Source of the DNA: a virus
Lineage: Duplodnaviria > Caudoviricetes
Virus record (IMG/VR): IMGVR_UViG_3300020020_000038
Span: 1-53,478 of that record
DNA: 53,478 nt
Strand: one strand, 5' to 3'
The translations under genes and the position numbers were made by a program. Below are positions 34,565 to 44,348 of this stretch, piece by piece. Each line of letters begins with the position of its first letter. Within the stretch, counting starts at the first letter, position 1. The notes beneath the pieces were generated by a model. That model searched no databases and had not been told where the DNA came from. It saw only the letters and a list, made by a program, of their open reading frames with translations.

Positions 34565-35572
34565 TCAGTTGACCTGAACACCCAGCCGAGCAATGCCGGC
34601 ATCGGACACGTTGGTGACATCATCGGCACTGTTGACCGACTTCTTCGACGCCAAATCTATGAGCTGATCGGCCGCATTCCCCGACAGTCCACGCCGGAAC
34701 GTCCCCATCGAAATCTGCTGGTTGATGTCATTCGTGTCGGCGAGCTGCCGGCGGGCGAGTCCGTTACCGATGAAGAACTTGCCGTCCTTGGTCTTGGCGA
34801 TGAACATGCCTTCTCCTTCCGACCCGGCCAACGCGAGGACCGGATTCGGGTCGATGGGTCCGAGCCACGCCTGTTGAATTTGGATGGCCCTCGGGATGAT
34901 GAGGTTGCGGACCTGGACCTTTTTGCGGTCACCGGGGCAGGATTTGCCGGGGTGAATCGTGGTGAACGGGTAAGTATCCGGGTCGGTGTGGGATGCAACC
35001 CCGGTATCCCACCACTCGGTCACCATCACGAGAGGGAAGCCATGCACAAGCGATTCGTAGGCGACGATCGCCGCGATCGTTTCGATCTGGCCCTCATCGA
35101 AGAACGAGCCCGTCGGATACGGGTCGGCGATGGAGCCACGATCGGCGGTCTCGATGGCGAGAGACCACCACTGGACGTCGCCACGTTCACGGATCTCGGC
35201 CTGTTGAGCGTCGGTCAACGAATCCCACCGGTCGGACCCGGGCCGGACCGTCTTGTTGGCAATCCCCTTCTGCGACGAGTCCAACATCTTCCGGGCGCGA
35301 GTCACCCCGTCATGGGTGCGGTCGACCTGATAGTGCGGGAGGGTGTTCACACCCGGGTTGCCGTGCGTGTGGTTCCACGCCGACTCGATCGACCCCTCCC
35401 GCTGCGCCGCATTCGTGTGGATGAAGATGGAGCGGGCGATCCCGTCATCGGCCAGCGTGGAAGGCTCGCCGGGGAGGTCGGGCCGGGAGTCGGCGAAGGT
35501 GACGAACTTGACTTCGACACCGTCAGGGGCATGCGCCGAGTCGATGACGGCCGGGCGTGGGGGGAAGGCCAC
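34565..35572 (-). CDS. Endolysin, amidase_2-like N-acetylmuramoyl-L-alanine amidase (B)
   Basis: IFIHTNAA, PHYQVD, SLAIETAD, ASH, KSCPG. Confidence 0.8.
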   Translation of the reverse strand: MAFPPRPAVIDSAHAPDGVEVKFVTFADSRPDLPGEPSTLADDGIARSIFIHTNAAQREGSIESAWNHTHGNPGVNTLPHYQVDRTHDGVTRARKMLDSSQKGIANKTVRPGSDRWDSLTDAQQAEIRERGDVQWWSLAIETADRGSIADPYPTGSFFDEGQIETIAAIVAYESLVHGFPLVMVTEWWDTGVASHTDPDTYPFTTIHPGKSCPGDRKKVQVRNLIIPRAIQIQQAWLGPIDPNPVLALAGSEGEGMFIAKTKDGKFFIGNGLARRQLADTNDINQQISMGTFRRGLSGNAADQLIDLASKKSVNSADDVTNVSDAGIARLGVQVN

Positions 35573-35582
35573 GAGATGGACC

Positions 35583-36236
35583 CTAGTCGGGGATGAAGAT
35601 GTAGTGGAGGACGCAGCGAGTCGCCGCCGCGATCGAGGCCGTGCCCGTGCCGGATGCGCGGGTGATGGTGGCAGTGATCACAGCGTCGGAGGCACCGTCG
35701 ATGGCGGCGCTCCCACTCATCGACCACGGCCATGACGTCGTCGCGTCTGGAGCCTGGTTATCGACGTTGGAAATCGAGTCGCCGTCGATCAAGAGCACCA
35801 GCGAGAAGCGGTCCGTGCCAACGGTCTTAGTGTGCTGCCCATTTGACCAGGCATGGAGACGGCCGGGGATTCCCGGCGCTGGCAACGTGATCGTGTCAAA
35901 CGTGAGCGACGTCGTGCCGGACGTCGGCCCAGCGTTGGTCGCCCCGGTCTTGCCACCCGAGACCGGCCCGTTGGCAGCAGCCCCGATGACGCCGATGATG
36001 ACGGCGCCGGCCGGAGGATGGAACAGGACCATGACTCGTTGCCCGGCAGGGACCGGGCCGATCAGTGACGGCACCTCGACCGGGACCGTGTCGCCGTCGA
36101 CGAGCACCATCGGCCCGACAACATCGGCGACGGTGCCCGGACGCAACTCCGGCGTCCGGACCTTCTCCAACGCCCGCGACAACGTCTCGGAGATGAGGGT
36201 GCGGAGCATGTGATCGTCGAAACGGGGATCGCTCAC
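35583..36236 (-). CDS. Minor tail protein
   Basis: RPGTV..VLVDGD..GQRVMV..IIGVI (OB-like) followed by a beta-rich domain. Confidence 0.6.
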   Translation of the reverse strand: MSDPRFDDHMLRTLISETLSRALEKVRTPELRPGTVADVVGPMVLVDGDTVPVEVPSLIGPVPAGQRVMVLFHPPAGAVIIGVIGAAANGPVSGGKTGATNAGPTSGTTSLTFDTITLPAPGIPGRLHAWSNGQHTKTVGTDRFSLVLLIDGDSISNVDNQAPDATTSWPWSMSGSAAIDGASDAVITATITRASGTGTASIAAATRCVLHYIFIPD

Positions 36237-37303
36237 GTCAGAACCCTCCGCAGAGTGTGGGCCATCGGGCCGGACGGAGACAGCGGGAGCGACCACGACT
36301 CCTCCACCCAGCGCAGATCGAACACTTCCATGACGGTGTAGCCGTCGTGGCGGGGATCGGGAGGACCAGCGAACGAGACATGCTCCACGAACGTTTCAGC
36401 CTTGCGGTGGGAACCGGTCGACAAGGCGAGCGTCCGGGCAGCCTCATCGATTTGCGATTGAGACCCGATGCCTTGGACGTTGAACACCTCGACGATGCGG
36501 AACCCGCGGGCATGGAAGGAATGTGGAGCGCCAGCCGGGACGTCGTACACACCGACGAACGCCTGAGCAGCCGAATCCGACGAGATGGCGATGGTCCGGT
36601 TGACGGCGTGGAGCAGGTCACTGGTGGTGACAGTCGTCGCTGCGTACACGGAGTGCTCATGAACGACCTCAGGTTCCACCGCGTCGGGGTCGACGATGCG
36701 TTGGACCCGGCACACGCCGTCATGGTCGAACCAGGGAGGATGCCACCCGACGTTGGTGGCGAGGTCGGTGATGATTTGGGTGCGGGACGTCCCGCCCGGC
36801 CAGGCCATCGGCGCGCCGACCGTCGCCGTTGCAGACTCGACGACAGAGGCGAGCCCCAACTCGTCGAGGATGTCGACGACCACCCCACGGACATCGGCGT
36901 CGGATTGAACACCGACCGTCCGGTCCATCGCCTGGTCGAGAATCAGTCCCTTGTCGACGAGGGTGCCGGACAGCGTTTCGCCGTAGCTGTAGCGAGGGTT
37001 CGAGGCGTCGGCGAACAGGAACACGCCGAGTGGATGTTCGGAGGCGTCCTCTAGGACCATGATCGGCCGCAACCGATCGGACAGAGGATTGACAGAGGCC
37101 CGATCGACCGGCGTGAGGTTGAGGTTCGCCATATCGCGGACAATCGTGCGGGACGTGTCGTGCGTGATGACGGGAGTCAGATCGTCACGAGCAGGGTTCA
37201 CCTCACCGATGAGCCGCTCGGCGTTGTCGAGCACCTCGAACCGGTACGCCGACGCCCGTTGGGAAACGCCACGCAGATCGAGAAGATCATGAGTTTGAGG
37301 CAT
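36233..37303 (-). CDS. Minor tail (hub/tip) protein, block B
   Basis: Actinophage tail-type motifs PLGVFLF, DKGLILDQ, WFDHDG, PDPRHD, W.LPL..M.HTLRRV. Confidence 0.7.
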   Translation of the reverse strand: MPQTHDLLDLRGVSQRASAYRFEVLDNAERLIGEVNPARDDLTPVITHDTSRTIVRDMANLNLTPVDRASVNPLSDRLRPIMVLEDASEHPLGVFLFADASNPRYSYGETLSGTLVDKGLILDQAMDRTVGVQSDADVRGVVVDILDELGLASVVESATATVGAPMAWPGGTSRTQIITDLATNVGWHPPWFDHDGVCRVQRIVDPDAVEPEVVHEHSVYAATTVTTSDLLHAVNRTIAISSDSAAQAFVGVYDVPAGAPHSFHARGFRIVEVFNVQGIGSQSQIDEAARTLALSTGSHRKAETFVEHVSFAGPPDPRHDGYTVMEVFDLRWVEESWSLPLSPSGPMAHTLRRVLT

Positions 37304-37743
37304 CAGGCACGCTGCTTCTGCCGGTAGCGCTTCCAGGCAGCCCGGGAGCACTCACGGCAGTGCCGAAGCCCTTTCGGGTCGACGTAAGTGTTGGCCCCGT
37401 CGTACGGATGCCCCTGAGGACAGCGCGTCTTGGCAGCATTCTGAGCGGCAAGAGTCAACGGTGACGCCAACAGATTCGCCCGATGGCTCGACGGCACCAA
37501 ATGAGCCGGGTTACAACACCGCCGATGCAGACAACCCTCCCCGCCAGCGCAGCCCGAACCGTTGTGACACGAGTGATCGAGAAGCGGGGGAGCCTCACCG
37601 TGCGTCAACATCCACGCCACCCGATGGGCCTGCATCGTTCGGCCCATCCAAACGACCTGCCCATACCCCCTGGACACTGCCTTGCCGGTGAACGGCCAAC
37701 ATTCATCCGCACCCTTGATTTCGACCCTGTCCCAGAACCGCAC
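37303..37743 (-). CDS. HNH endonuclease
   Basis: RFWDRV..ECWPF.G..GYG, AHRVAW, LDH.C, CCNPAHL, CPQGHPY..CREC. Confidence 0.9.
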   Translation of the reverse strand: MRFWDRVEIKGADECWPFTGKAVSRGYGQVVWMGRTMQAHRVAWMLTHGEAPPLLDHSCHNGSGCAGGEGCLHRRCCNPAHLVPSSHRANLLASPLTLAAQNAAKTRCPQGHPYDGANTYVDPKGLRHCRECSRAAWKRYRQKQRA

Positions 37744-37763
37744 ATCATTAATGTAGCAACCCT

Positions 37764-38594
37764 TTAAGTTTTGATGATCGCCCGGAGCCGCACGTGGGCC
37801 GGTTGATGGTTGACGGCCGTACCCGATCCGGCAGACCCAGTGTTGGCGGCCGACGACCCACCCGAGTTGGCGGCCGACGACCCACCCGAGACGAACCCCG
37901 ACGACGCCGGGATGTCGATGGCGTGGGCGTGGGTGCCGTCGTTGTCGGTGTTGAGGACGGTGATCGAGCCGAGCGGAGCGGTCCAGGCGACAAGATCGGA
38001 GTAGGCCGCGCCAGCGCCGGGGTTGGTCGCCGAGAAGAACCGGACAGCGTGTTCGTGACCGCCAGCGGTCGCCGTGGAGAACGACGGATGGTTGTGGTCG
38101 ATGTCGTGGGTATGGGCGATCGTGTGCGTATGAGCGATCGTGTGGTCATGGGAGGCGAGGTTGGCCTCGGTCAGGTTGTGCGTGTTGGAGCCGCCGAGCG
38201 CGCCGAGAGTGCCGCCGTCGGTGATGACCCGGTCGACGAGCGACGGCAAGTTGAGGGTGGTGCCGGACTTCCACGACGCGGGCGACGCAGCGAACAGGGC
38301 AGGAAAGTTGACGTCGGCGTTCGGGTTGGAGGTCCCCATGAACAGCCAGCCCGACGGGGCAACCGTGTAGCAGCCCCAGACCACCGTCGATGTCGGGACG
38401 CCACGCAGATTCAGTTGAGCGGTCAGCGCACTGATTTGAGCTTGGAGGTCGACGTCCTCCAAGGCGAGCGCATCGACCTGCCCTTGGAGGTCGTTGGCGG
38501 CGCCAGCCACAGCGTTGTGATGATCAGGATGATCATCAGTCGTCGGGGTGGCGTTGGTCTTGGAAGTGTCGAGAGGGAACCCGGCAAAGGGCAT
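37764..38594 (-). CDS. Tail fibre with collar domain and HxH repeats
   Basis: APSGWL, FPALFA, NLPSL, LTEANLASHDH, HTH repeats, terminal IIKT. Confidence 0.8.
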   Translation of the reverse strand: MPFAGFPLDTSKTNATPTTDDHPDHHNAVAGAANDLQGQVDALALEDVDLQAQISALTAQLNLRGVPTSTVVWGCYTVAPSGWLFMGTSNPNADVNFPALFAASPASWKSGTTLNLPSLVDRVITDGGTLGALGGSNTHNLTEANLASHDHTIAHTHTIAHTHDIDHNHPSFSTATAGGHEHAVRFFSATNPGAGAAYSDLVAWTAPLGSITVLNTDNDGTHAHAIDIPASSGFVSGGSSAANSGGSSAANTGSAGSGTAVNHQPAHVRLRAIIKT

Positions 38595-38845
38595 TAGCAA
38601 TCTCCTTGGCAGGGTGAGAATACAGCGAGACGGTCAGCCGGGCCGGAAGCGGCCGGCACGAGCCGGGGACACGGGGCAACGGTCGCCTCGGAAGAGGAGA
38701 ACACGAGGTAGAGCCCGGACCCTTCCGGATCCTCGACCAATTCGACATCTGTGAAGTAGTAGAGGCCGGAACCGGGAGGGTCCTCGACGGCGACGCCAGG
38801 AGCGATATACAGGCCCGAGCCGGGAGGGTCTTCGATGAGGGCCAT
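38594..38845 (-). CDS. Small protein with three EDPxGSGLY repeats
   Basis: Seen directly in the translation from ATG 38845. Confidence 0.6.
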   Translation of the reverse strand: MALIEDPPGSGLYIAPGVAVEDPPGSGLYYFTDVELVEDPEGSGLYLVFSSSEATVAPCPRLVPAASGPADRLAVFSPCQGDC

Positions 38846-38922
38846 CAGGTCACCAGACAGACCCAACCACCGACCACCGCCACGATGCCTAGCAACGTGT
38901 AGGTGACGGCACGGGCGATCAT
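38845..38922 (-). CDS. Possible 25-aa hydrophobic peptide
   Basis: MIARAVTYTLLGIVAVVGGWVCLVT; ATGA and TGATG coupling exactly fill the gap. Confidence 0.45.
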   Translation of the reverse strand: MIARAVTYTLLGIVAVVGGWVCLVT

Positions 38923-40772
38923 GCGAACCGCACAGCGACCGACGGAATGTTCGACGCCACACTCGACGTCGCCGCCGGAGACGGCAAAGAGGTGCCGACC
39001 ACCGAACCACGGTTACGGCCAGCCCGCAAGTTGGTGCCGGCGACGGCGTTGGCTAGTGACGAGTTGACCCCGGCCCACGACCCCGAAATGACCCGCATCG
39101 TCGGTGTGCCACCCTGCACGAGCGCAGCGAAATGGTAGACCTCGCCACCGACCAACGCTTGACTGATCGTCAACTCCTGTGCCGTGGCTGAGCCGCCGTC
39201 GATCGTACCGGCGTCAAGCAGCAAAGTCGAGGCGGAGCCGGCGCCGTCGTCGTTGTAGATCCCTAGCGAGATGGTCGATGCGGCCGCCAATGTCGTCACC
39301 TCGGCACCGATCCGGTTCACCGTACAATCGATCGGCACATACACGCCGAACGTGTACAAGGTGCCGGCAGTCGTCACCGCTGTCGTCCGCGTCAACGGCA
39401 TTCCCCAATACTCGTTGGTTTTGCCGAACAGCGATGGCGCGATGCCGGACAGGTCCGCCGACGCCGGGGCTGCCGCCGGCAACTCCAACGACTCGATGCC
39501 GAGGGCGTGCCCGGCATCATCCATCGTGACGAACCCGGTAAGGCGCAGCGACCCGTTACCTGTCACCGTGAACAGGGTCGACACGTCGTAAGGGGCGTCC
39601 GCCGAGACGATGGCTAGGCCCTCGATGAACAGTCGGGACGATCCGCCGCCACCCGGCTGGACGGCGATCTTGGGGACGACCCCGGAAGGCGGGTTGACAC
39701 ACTTGACCTCGCTCATCGAGAACGTGCCGCCCAGATCGAACCGAACCCAGTAGGTGTCGGTGTGTAAGTCGTTCGCCGAATAGAGGACGTCACGCATCGT
39801 GATCATCGGCGGCGCCGACGACCCGGTGTTCGTGATCAGGAGACGTTGATATGACTCGACACGCATCCCGTTGAACGTGTTGTGTCCGGTCAAACCGACT
39901 TTGATGGCGGCTTCGCCGCCGGCGAACCCGGCACCGAACACGGCGGCCTGAGACGCCGAGTTGACGAGGCCGTAACGGATGCTTTGGATGCGCAGGTGAT
40001 AGACGTTGTGAGTCAGGTTGTTGCCGCCAGTCCCGTTGCCCAACACGAGACCTTCTTGGTAGCGGGCCGCCTCCCCGTCCTCCCACGCCCCATTCAAAAT
40101 GATGTGGTCGAACACGTCGTCGGACACGTCGGCACCGCCGACACCGGGTTTGCCGACCCGAAACGCGGTGACGAAATCGAGGTTGCGGACCGTGATGTTG
40201 CGGTAGCTGTTGGCCGTGTTCGACCGGGACGACCCGGCCGAATCCCAATAGGTGTAGAAGGCGTTGTCGACCTGCACCCCGGCCGAACCGGTGATCGTGA
40301 ACCCTTCGAAGAGCGAGTAGGCCGCCCCGTTGATGTCGAACACGGCGGCCATGTTGCTGTCTGCCCGCAACTCACACATGCCCTGCCCGATGATCTGTAC
40401 CCCGATCACGGACCGCACCGTGATCGGGGCGGCCAACAGGTAGATGCCAGCAGGTAGGACGACTCGACGGTTCGCCGTCCGCACGGTCGTCACCGGATCA
40501 CCCGGGCCGCAGGCTTCGTCGATCGCCGCCTGTAACGCCGCCGAGTTGACGGTGCCTGACGCGGCGGTGGAGAACCCGTAGGTGCGGGGGTCGATGTCGG
40601 TGTTGGCTGCTTTCCGTCCGGCCGGGGTCACCGCCAACACTGTCGATGTCCCGGCGATCGTCTCAGGGGTCGTCGCAAAGTTGAACTCGGGGTCCAACGC
40701 ATCGATCTGCGCCTGCAAATCGGCGAGTTCGGCAATGACCGATGACGAACTCGAGGAACGGACATTCAACAT
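38919..40772 (-). CDS. Tailspike-like protein, pectin-lyase-type beta-helix (putative depolymerase)
   Basis: DPRTYG..NSAALQAAID..VVLPAGIY..IIGQG, followed by a beta-helix-like region and a C-terminal beta domain. Confidence 0.7.
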   Translation of the reverse strand: MLNVRSSSSSSVIAELADLQAQIDALDPEFNFATTPETIAGTSTVLAVTPAGRKAANTDIDPRTYGFSTAASGTVNSAALQAAIDEACGPGDPVTTVRTANRRVVLPAGIYLLAAPITVRSVIGVQIIGQGMCELRADSNMAAVFDINGAAYSLFEGFTITGSAGVQVDNAFYTYWDSAGSSRSNTANSYRNITVRNLDFVTAFRVGKPGVGGADVSDDVFDHIILNGAWEDGEAARYQEGLVLGNGTGGNNLTHNVYHLRIQSIRYGLVNSASQAAVFGAGFAGGEAAIKVGLTGHNTFNGMRVESYQRLLITNTGSSAPPMITMRDVLYSANDLHTDTYWVRFDLGGTFSMSEVKCVNPPSGVVPKIAVQPGGGGSSRLFIEGLAIVSADAPYDVSTLFTVTGNGSLRLTGFVTMDDAGHALGIESLELPAAAPASADLSGIAPSLFGKTNEYWGMPLTRTTAVTTAGTLYTFGVYVPIDCTVNRIGAEVTTLAAASTISLGIYNDDGAGSASTLLLDAGTIDGGSATAQELTISQALVGGEVYHFAALVQGGTPTMRVISGSWAGVNSSLANAVAGTNLRAGRNRGSVVGTSLPSPAATSSVASNIPSVAVRFA

Positions 40773-41054
40773 TTAGGCGGTGACTTTCGGGTCGACAGCG
40801 ATGAAGCCTTGGTCGGCGGCGATCACACCGCCGGTCCCAGCGATCCACCACGACCAAATGCCGCCGACATCGAACGTCGGCAACACGATGGTGAGTACAC
40901 CTGCTCCGCCGTCCGTCGGCACCACCGCAGTCGGGATCGCTGTGCCGGGTTTGCGGTACTCACCGACGAACGACGACGGCGACGTCGGGACGCCAACATC
41001 GTTACGGAATGTCGTAACGATTTTGATGCGGTCACCGACCTCGTAATCAGCCAT
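40773..41054 (-). CDS. Small Ig-like virion adaptor protein
   Basis: YEVGD..TFRN..G.PTSP..G.WSWW..GTG; AAGGAG RBS; last gene of fibre module A. Confidence 0.6.
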   Translation of the reverse strand: MADYEVGDRIKIVTTFRNDVGVPTSPSSFVGEYRKPGTAIPTAVVPTDGGAGVLTIVLPTFDVGGIWSWWIAGTGGVIAADQGFIAVDPKVTA

Positions 41055-41064
41055 GACACACTCC

Positions 41065-42315
41065 TTAGGGGGTGACTGTGGACGTGGCGCCGGCACCAAC
41101 CAGCACAGAGTCGGCTGAATCTGTGAGCTCGAGAGCGGTGTCGGGGTCGACGGCGACAATGACAGACGTAGCGTCGGCCAGTTGTAGGACGGTGGTGGTG
41201 TCAGCGGCGACAATGACAGAGGTGGCGGTACCGAGAACGAATTGTGGCAACGTGTCAACGTCGCCGGCCTCGGCGATCGCCTCCGCGACCTGAGCAGCGG
41301 CGCCGACAGCAGCGGCCACGTCGTGGGCGATACCAACCGCCTCAGCCGCTCCGGCAAAGACGAGTTTGGCAAAGACGGCAGTCGGGTTGAACGCCGCCCC
41401 CGTCGCCTCAGCCGTCACCGACGTTGGGGCGACACTTGCGGCCGACGGGTTCGCTGCCGCCGTGGCCTCCGCAGTCACCGAACTCGGAGCGACGCTGATG
41501 GCAGGCTGGTTCGCTACCCCGGTGGCCTCTGCGCATTGTGCGTTAGCGAACGTCTGCGTCGCCGTGGAGACTGTGGCGTCAAACGCCGCCGCTGTCGCTT
41601 CCGCCGTCGCCGCAACTGGAGCGACACTCGTTGCCGGGTTTTCGGCGGTCGCCGTGCCCCCGGCGACCGCCGAAACAGGAGCCACACTGGCGGAGGCTGG
41701 GAACGCCGCAGCGGTGGCTTCCGCCGTTTCGGCGGGGGCGTTCGTCGGTGAGGTCGTCGAAACGGTGGCGTCAAACGCCGCTCCGGTCGCCTCGGCAACC
41801 GCCGAAACCGGAGCGACACCAGGAGCCGGCTGCTCCGCCGTCCCGGTAGCCGCCGCAGTGGCCGAGCTCGGGGCGATGTTGGCGGAGGCTGGGAACGCCG
41901 CAGCCGTGGCTTCAGCTGCTTCGGCCGCGGCGTTCGTAACAATGGCAACCGAAACAGTCGCATCAAACGCCGCCGCCGACGCTTCGGCCGTGGCCGCGGC
42001 CGGGGCGACGCCGGGAGCCGGTGTCTCGGCGATAGCGGTTACCGCAGCATTCCCAGCGACCGGAGCAACGCTCGTTGCTGGCTGCTCCGCCACACCGGTC
42101 ACCGCAGCGGGAGCGGCGGCGGCGCCGACATTGACCGTCGAACTGTTCGCTACCCCAGTGGCTTCCGCGGGTAGAGCATTCGGCGCGACACTCGCCGCCG
42201 CACCGTCCGCTACCGCGGACGCTTCCGCCGTCTCAGCTGGAGCGTTGGTGTCAGCAGTAGCTACTGCCGGTGGTCTCGGGGCGAGACGGACGTTCGCCGC
42301 ACGCCCGGCAATCAT
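41065..42315 (-). CDS. Ala/Thr-rich structural repeat protein (~16 AEATxxA repeats)
   Basis: 20-aa units with a 24-aa unit about every third repeat. Confidence 0.85.
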   Translation of the reverse strand: MIAGRAANVRLAPRPPAVATADTNAPAETAEASAVADGAAASVAPNALPAEATGVANSSTVNVGAAAAPAAVTGVAEQPATSVAPVAGNAAVTAIAETPAPGVAPAAATAEASAAAFDATVSVAIVTNAAAEAAEATAAAFPASANIAPSSATAAATGTAEQPAPGVAPVSAVAEATGAAFDATVSTTSPTNAPAETAEATAAAFPASASVAPVSAVAGGTATAENPATSVAPVAATAEATAAAFDATVSTATQTFANAQCAEATGVANQPAISVAPSSVTAEATAAANPSAASVAPTSVTAEATGAAFNPTAVFAKLVFAGAAEAVGIAHDVAAAVGAAAQVAEAIAEAGDVDTLPQFVLGTATSVIVAADTTTVLQLADATSVIVAVDPDTALELTDSADSVLVGAGATSTVTP

Positions 42316-42318
42316 GGC

Positions 42319-42810
42319 CTACGCGGGCTCTTCAAAGACGACCCAAGGGATGCAGTTGATATCCACAGAGAACGTCGTACGGATACGCAACGACCTTGAC
42401 GGCGGGACCCTCGGGCCGCCCTCAGGGAACCACACCGCATATGCCGATTGGGGATGCACGAGTTGTGAGTCGAGGATGCGGGTGGTGGCTCCGACCGTGC
42501 CTTCTGTGGTGAACCCGTAACCGGTCGCACCCGTACCACCCACACAGAGTGAGGCGGTGAGTAGGTCTGAACCCCATTCTTCGGGGGTGATCGAAGTCCC
42601 GGAAGTCGCGGCGACATCAACGTCGGAGAGAGTGACGATCCCAGCCGGGTTCGTCGCGACGATCCCGGCGAACGAACAACCCCAACCATGAACCCTGATA
42701 TCCGTCGTCGACGGCGTGAGAACCTGTAACACGGTTTTGACCGCAGCCGAAGTAGCGACCACCACAGGAGTGTTCGACGTTCTCGGCACGGCGAGGTATC
42801 GGTTAGACAA
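42319..42810 (-). CDS. Beta-rich virion accessory protein
   Basis: KTVLQV, WGCSF.G, HPQ..Y, LRIR, FEE motifs. Confidence 0.6.
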   Translation of the reverse strand: MSNRYLAVPRTSNTPVVVATSAAVKTVLQVLTPSTTDIRVHGWGCSFAGIVATNPAGIVTLSDVDVAATSGTSITPEEWGSDLLTASLCVGGTGATGYGFTTEGTVGATTRILDSQLVHPQSAYAVWFPEGGPRVPPSRSLRIRTTFSVDINCIPWVVFEEPA

Positions 42811-42822
42811 TTCAGTGGCCTT

Positions 42823-43596
42823 TCATCGAGCGAACGTCGCTGCCAGTCGAGGACGGGCAAGCGATATCACAGGGCGGCGACGAGGCGGATTATCGACAGC
42901 GGCACCTACACCGCGTAGCCGGACGAACGCGACCGGGCCGCATTGCGACACGGCGGTAGTCATGGCGAACGCCGGAGCGACCGTCGCCGACCCCGACGAC
43001 ACCGTCGCGTCGAACGTGACAAGGTTGCCGTCGAACCCGACACCGGACGGAGTCGTCTCCGTCAACCGTGCATTCGTCGCCCCGAACGTGATACCGCCAG
43101 CGGTGATCGCCGGTGCCGTGATCGTCAACACATTGTCAGTGTCAATCGACACGGCGGCCAACAACAGGTCACCCGGCTCAAACGTGAGTGAAGTGGTCGA
43201 GGTGGCCGCCCTGTTCGCGGCGTGGCTGGCGTCGTCGCCGAACCCGACAGCGATATCCCACGTCTCGCTAGCGCCCTTCTCGTAGATGACGATCACACCG
43301 ATCGCACCGTTCGGTGAACCGGCCTGATCAAACGTCACGACACCCGACTCGCCACCCGCCAATATCTTCGTGTCAATCCCGATACGACAGGTGTGGTTGT
43401 CAGCTGTCGACCCGGTCCCCCCCGCAAGATCCGCTTGGTCCACCCACCCGCCCTCGGCGGTCAGGGTGGCGGTGGATAGCCAGACGTTGCGGACACATAT
43501 CGCCAGGCGGGCCGCCGTGGTCCCGGCCGGGTAGGACGGACCGACAGTTGTGGTGCCGGTGGCTTTCGTGCCGGAGATGATGTGGGTGACAGTCAC
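42823..43596 (-). CDS. Beta-rich virion accessory protein
   Basis: T/G/A-rich with an Arg/Pro-rich tail, like 30701..31486. Confidence 0.65.
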   Translation of the reverse strand: MTVTHIISGTKATGTTTVGPSYPAGTTAARLAICVRNVWLSTATLTAEGGWVDQADLAGGTGSTADNHTCRIGIDTKILAGGESGVVTFDQAGSPNGAIGVIVIYEKGASETWDIAVGFGDDASHAANRAATSTTSLTFEPGDLLLAAVSIDTDNVLTITAPAITAGGITFGATNARLTETTPSGVGFDGNLVTFDATVSSGSATVAPAFAMTTAVSQCGPVAFVRLRGVGAAVDNPPRRRPVISLARPRLAATFAR

Positions 43597-43599
43597 CGA

Positions 43600-44076
43600 T
43601 CAGAGGCTGTCCCTCATGACCCCGTTGGCATGCCACACGATAGTGAACGTCCCGTCAGTTACCGAGTTGGTGCCACCGAAGTAGTTGTAGCAGAACCCTT
43701 GGTCGGCGACAGGGGTGGTGATCGTGTCGTCATACACGAGGCAACCGAACACGAGCAGCAACGTGGCGCTCGAGCCGGACGCAGTGTTCGCGGCCCGCAA
43801 CGACACGAAATCGGCGACAGTGACGTCAATGGTTCGGGACGCCAGGTTGACGCCACCGGTCGCCCATTCGGCACCGTCAAACACTTCGTTACCAGCGGAC
43901 ACCCACTGACCGGCAGCGAACGCCGAGTTAGCTGCCGTCACATCGTTGTCAGGGGTGATGTCGTTGTCAAACAAGGCGGCCTTGACGGAGGCATCAGTGA
44001 CCCAGTCCATCGCCGTGGTGTTGTCAAAGATGTCGGCTTTCCACTGACGGAACTGCTTCGAGTTAGACCAGGCCAT
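43600..44076 (-). CDS. Putative fibre/filament structural subunit
   Basis: D..KAALF, NEV...W.TGG..L, LVYDDT, FGG..SVT.GTFTI.W pattern of small phage structural proteins. Confidence 0.65.
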   Translation of the reverse strand: MAWSNSKQFRQWKADIFDNTTAMDWVTDASVKAALFDNDITPDNDVTAANSAFAAGQWVSAGNEVFDGAEWATGGVNLASRTIDVTVADFVSLRAANTASGSSATLLLVFGCLVYDDTITTPVADQGFCYNYFGGTNSVTDGTFTIVWHANGVMRDSL

Positions 44077-44348
44077 CAGCTCTCCTCTGCTTTCAACGCC
44101 GCCACAGCGGCCTTCACGGCACGCTCAGCGGCGACGATCATCTTCTGTGTCTCCCGAGCCTTCGCCACGTAGATCGCTGCGACCGCCGCAGCCTTGGCCT
44201 CCGCCCGCGCCTTACCCTCCACAAGCTCCTCGAGGACACGTTGGGTTTGGGCGACGTCGGCACGTAACCGGTTGACACGACGCGCCGCGTTCTCCACGGC
44301 GACGGTGGCGTCCAATGCGGCGGCTTTCGCCCCTGCTGACTCAGGCAT
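44076..44348 (-). CDS. Coiled-coil hypothetical protein
   Basis: Ala-rich helix; TGATG coupling. Confidence 0.6.
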   Translation of the reverse strand: MPESAGAKAAALDATVAVENAARRVNRLRADVAQTQRVLEELVEGKARAEAKAAAVAAIYVAKARETQKMIVAAERAVKAAVAALKAEES

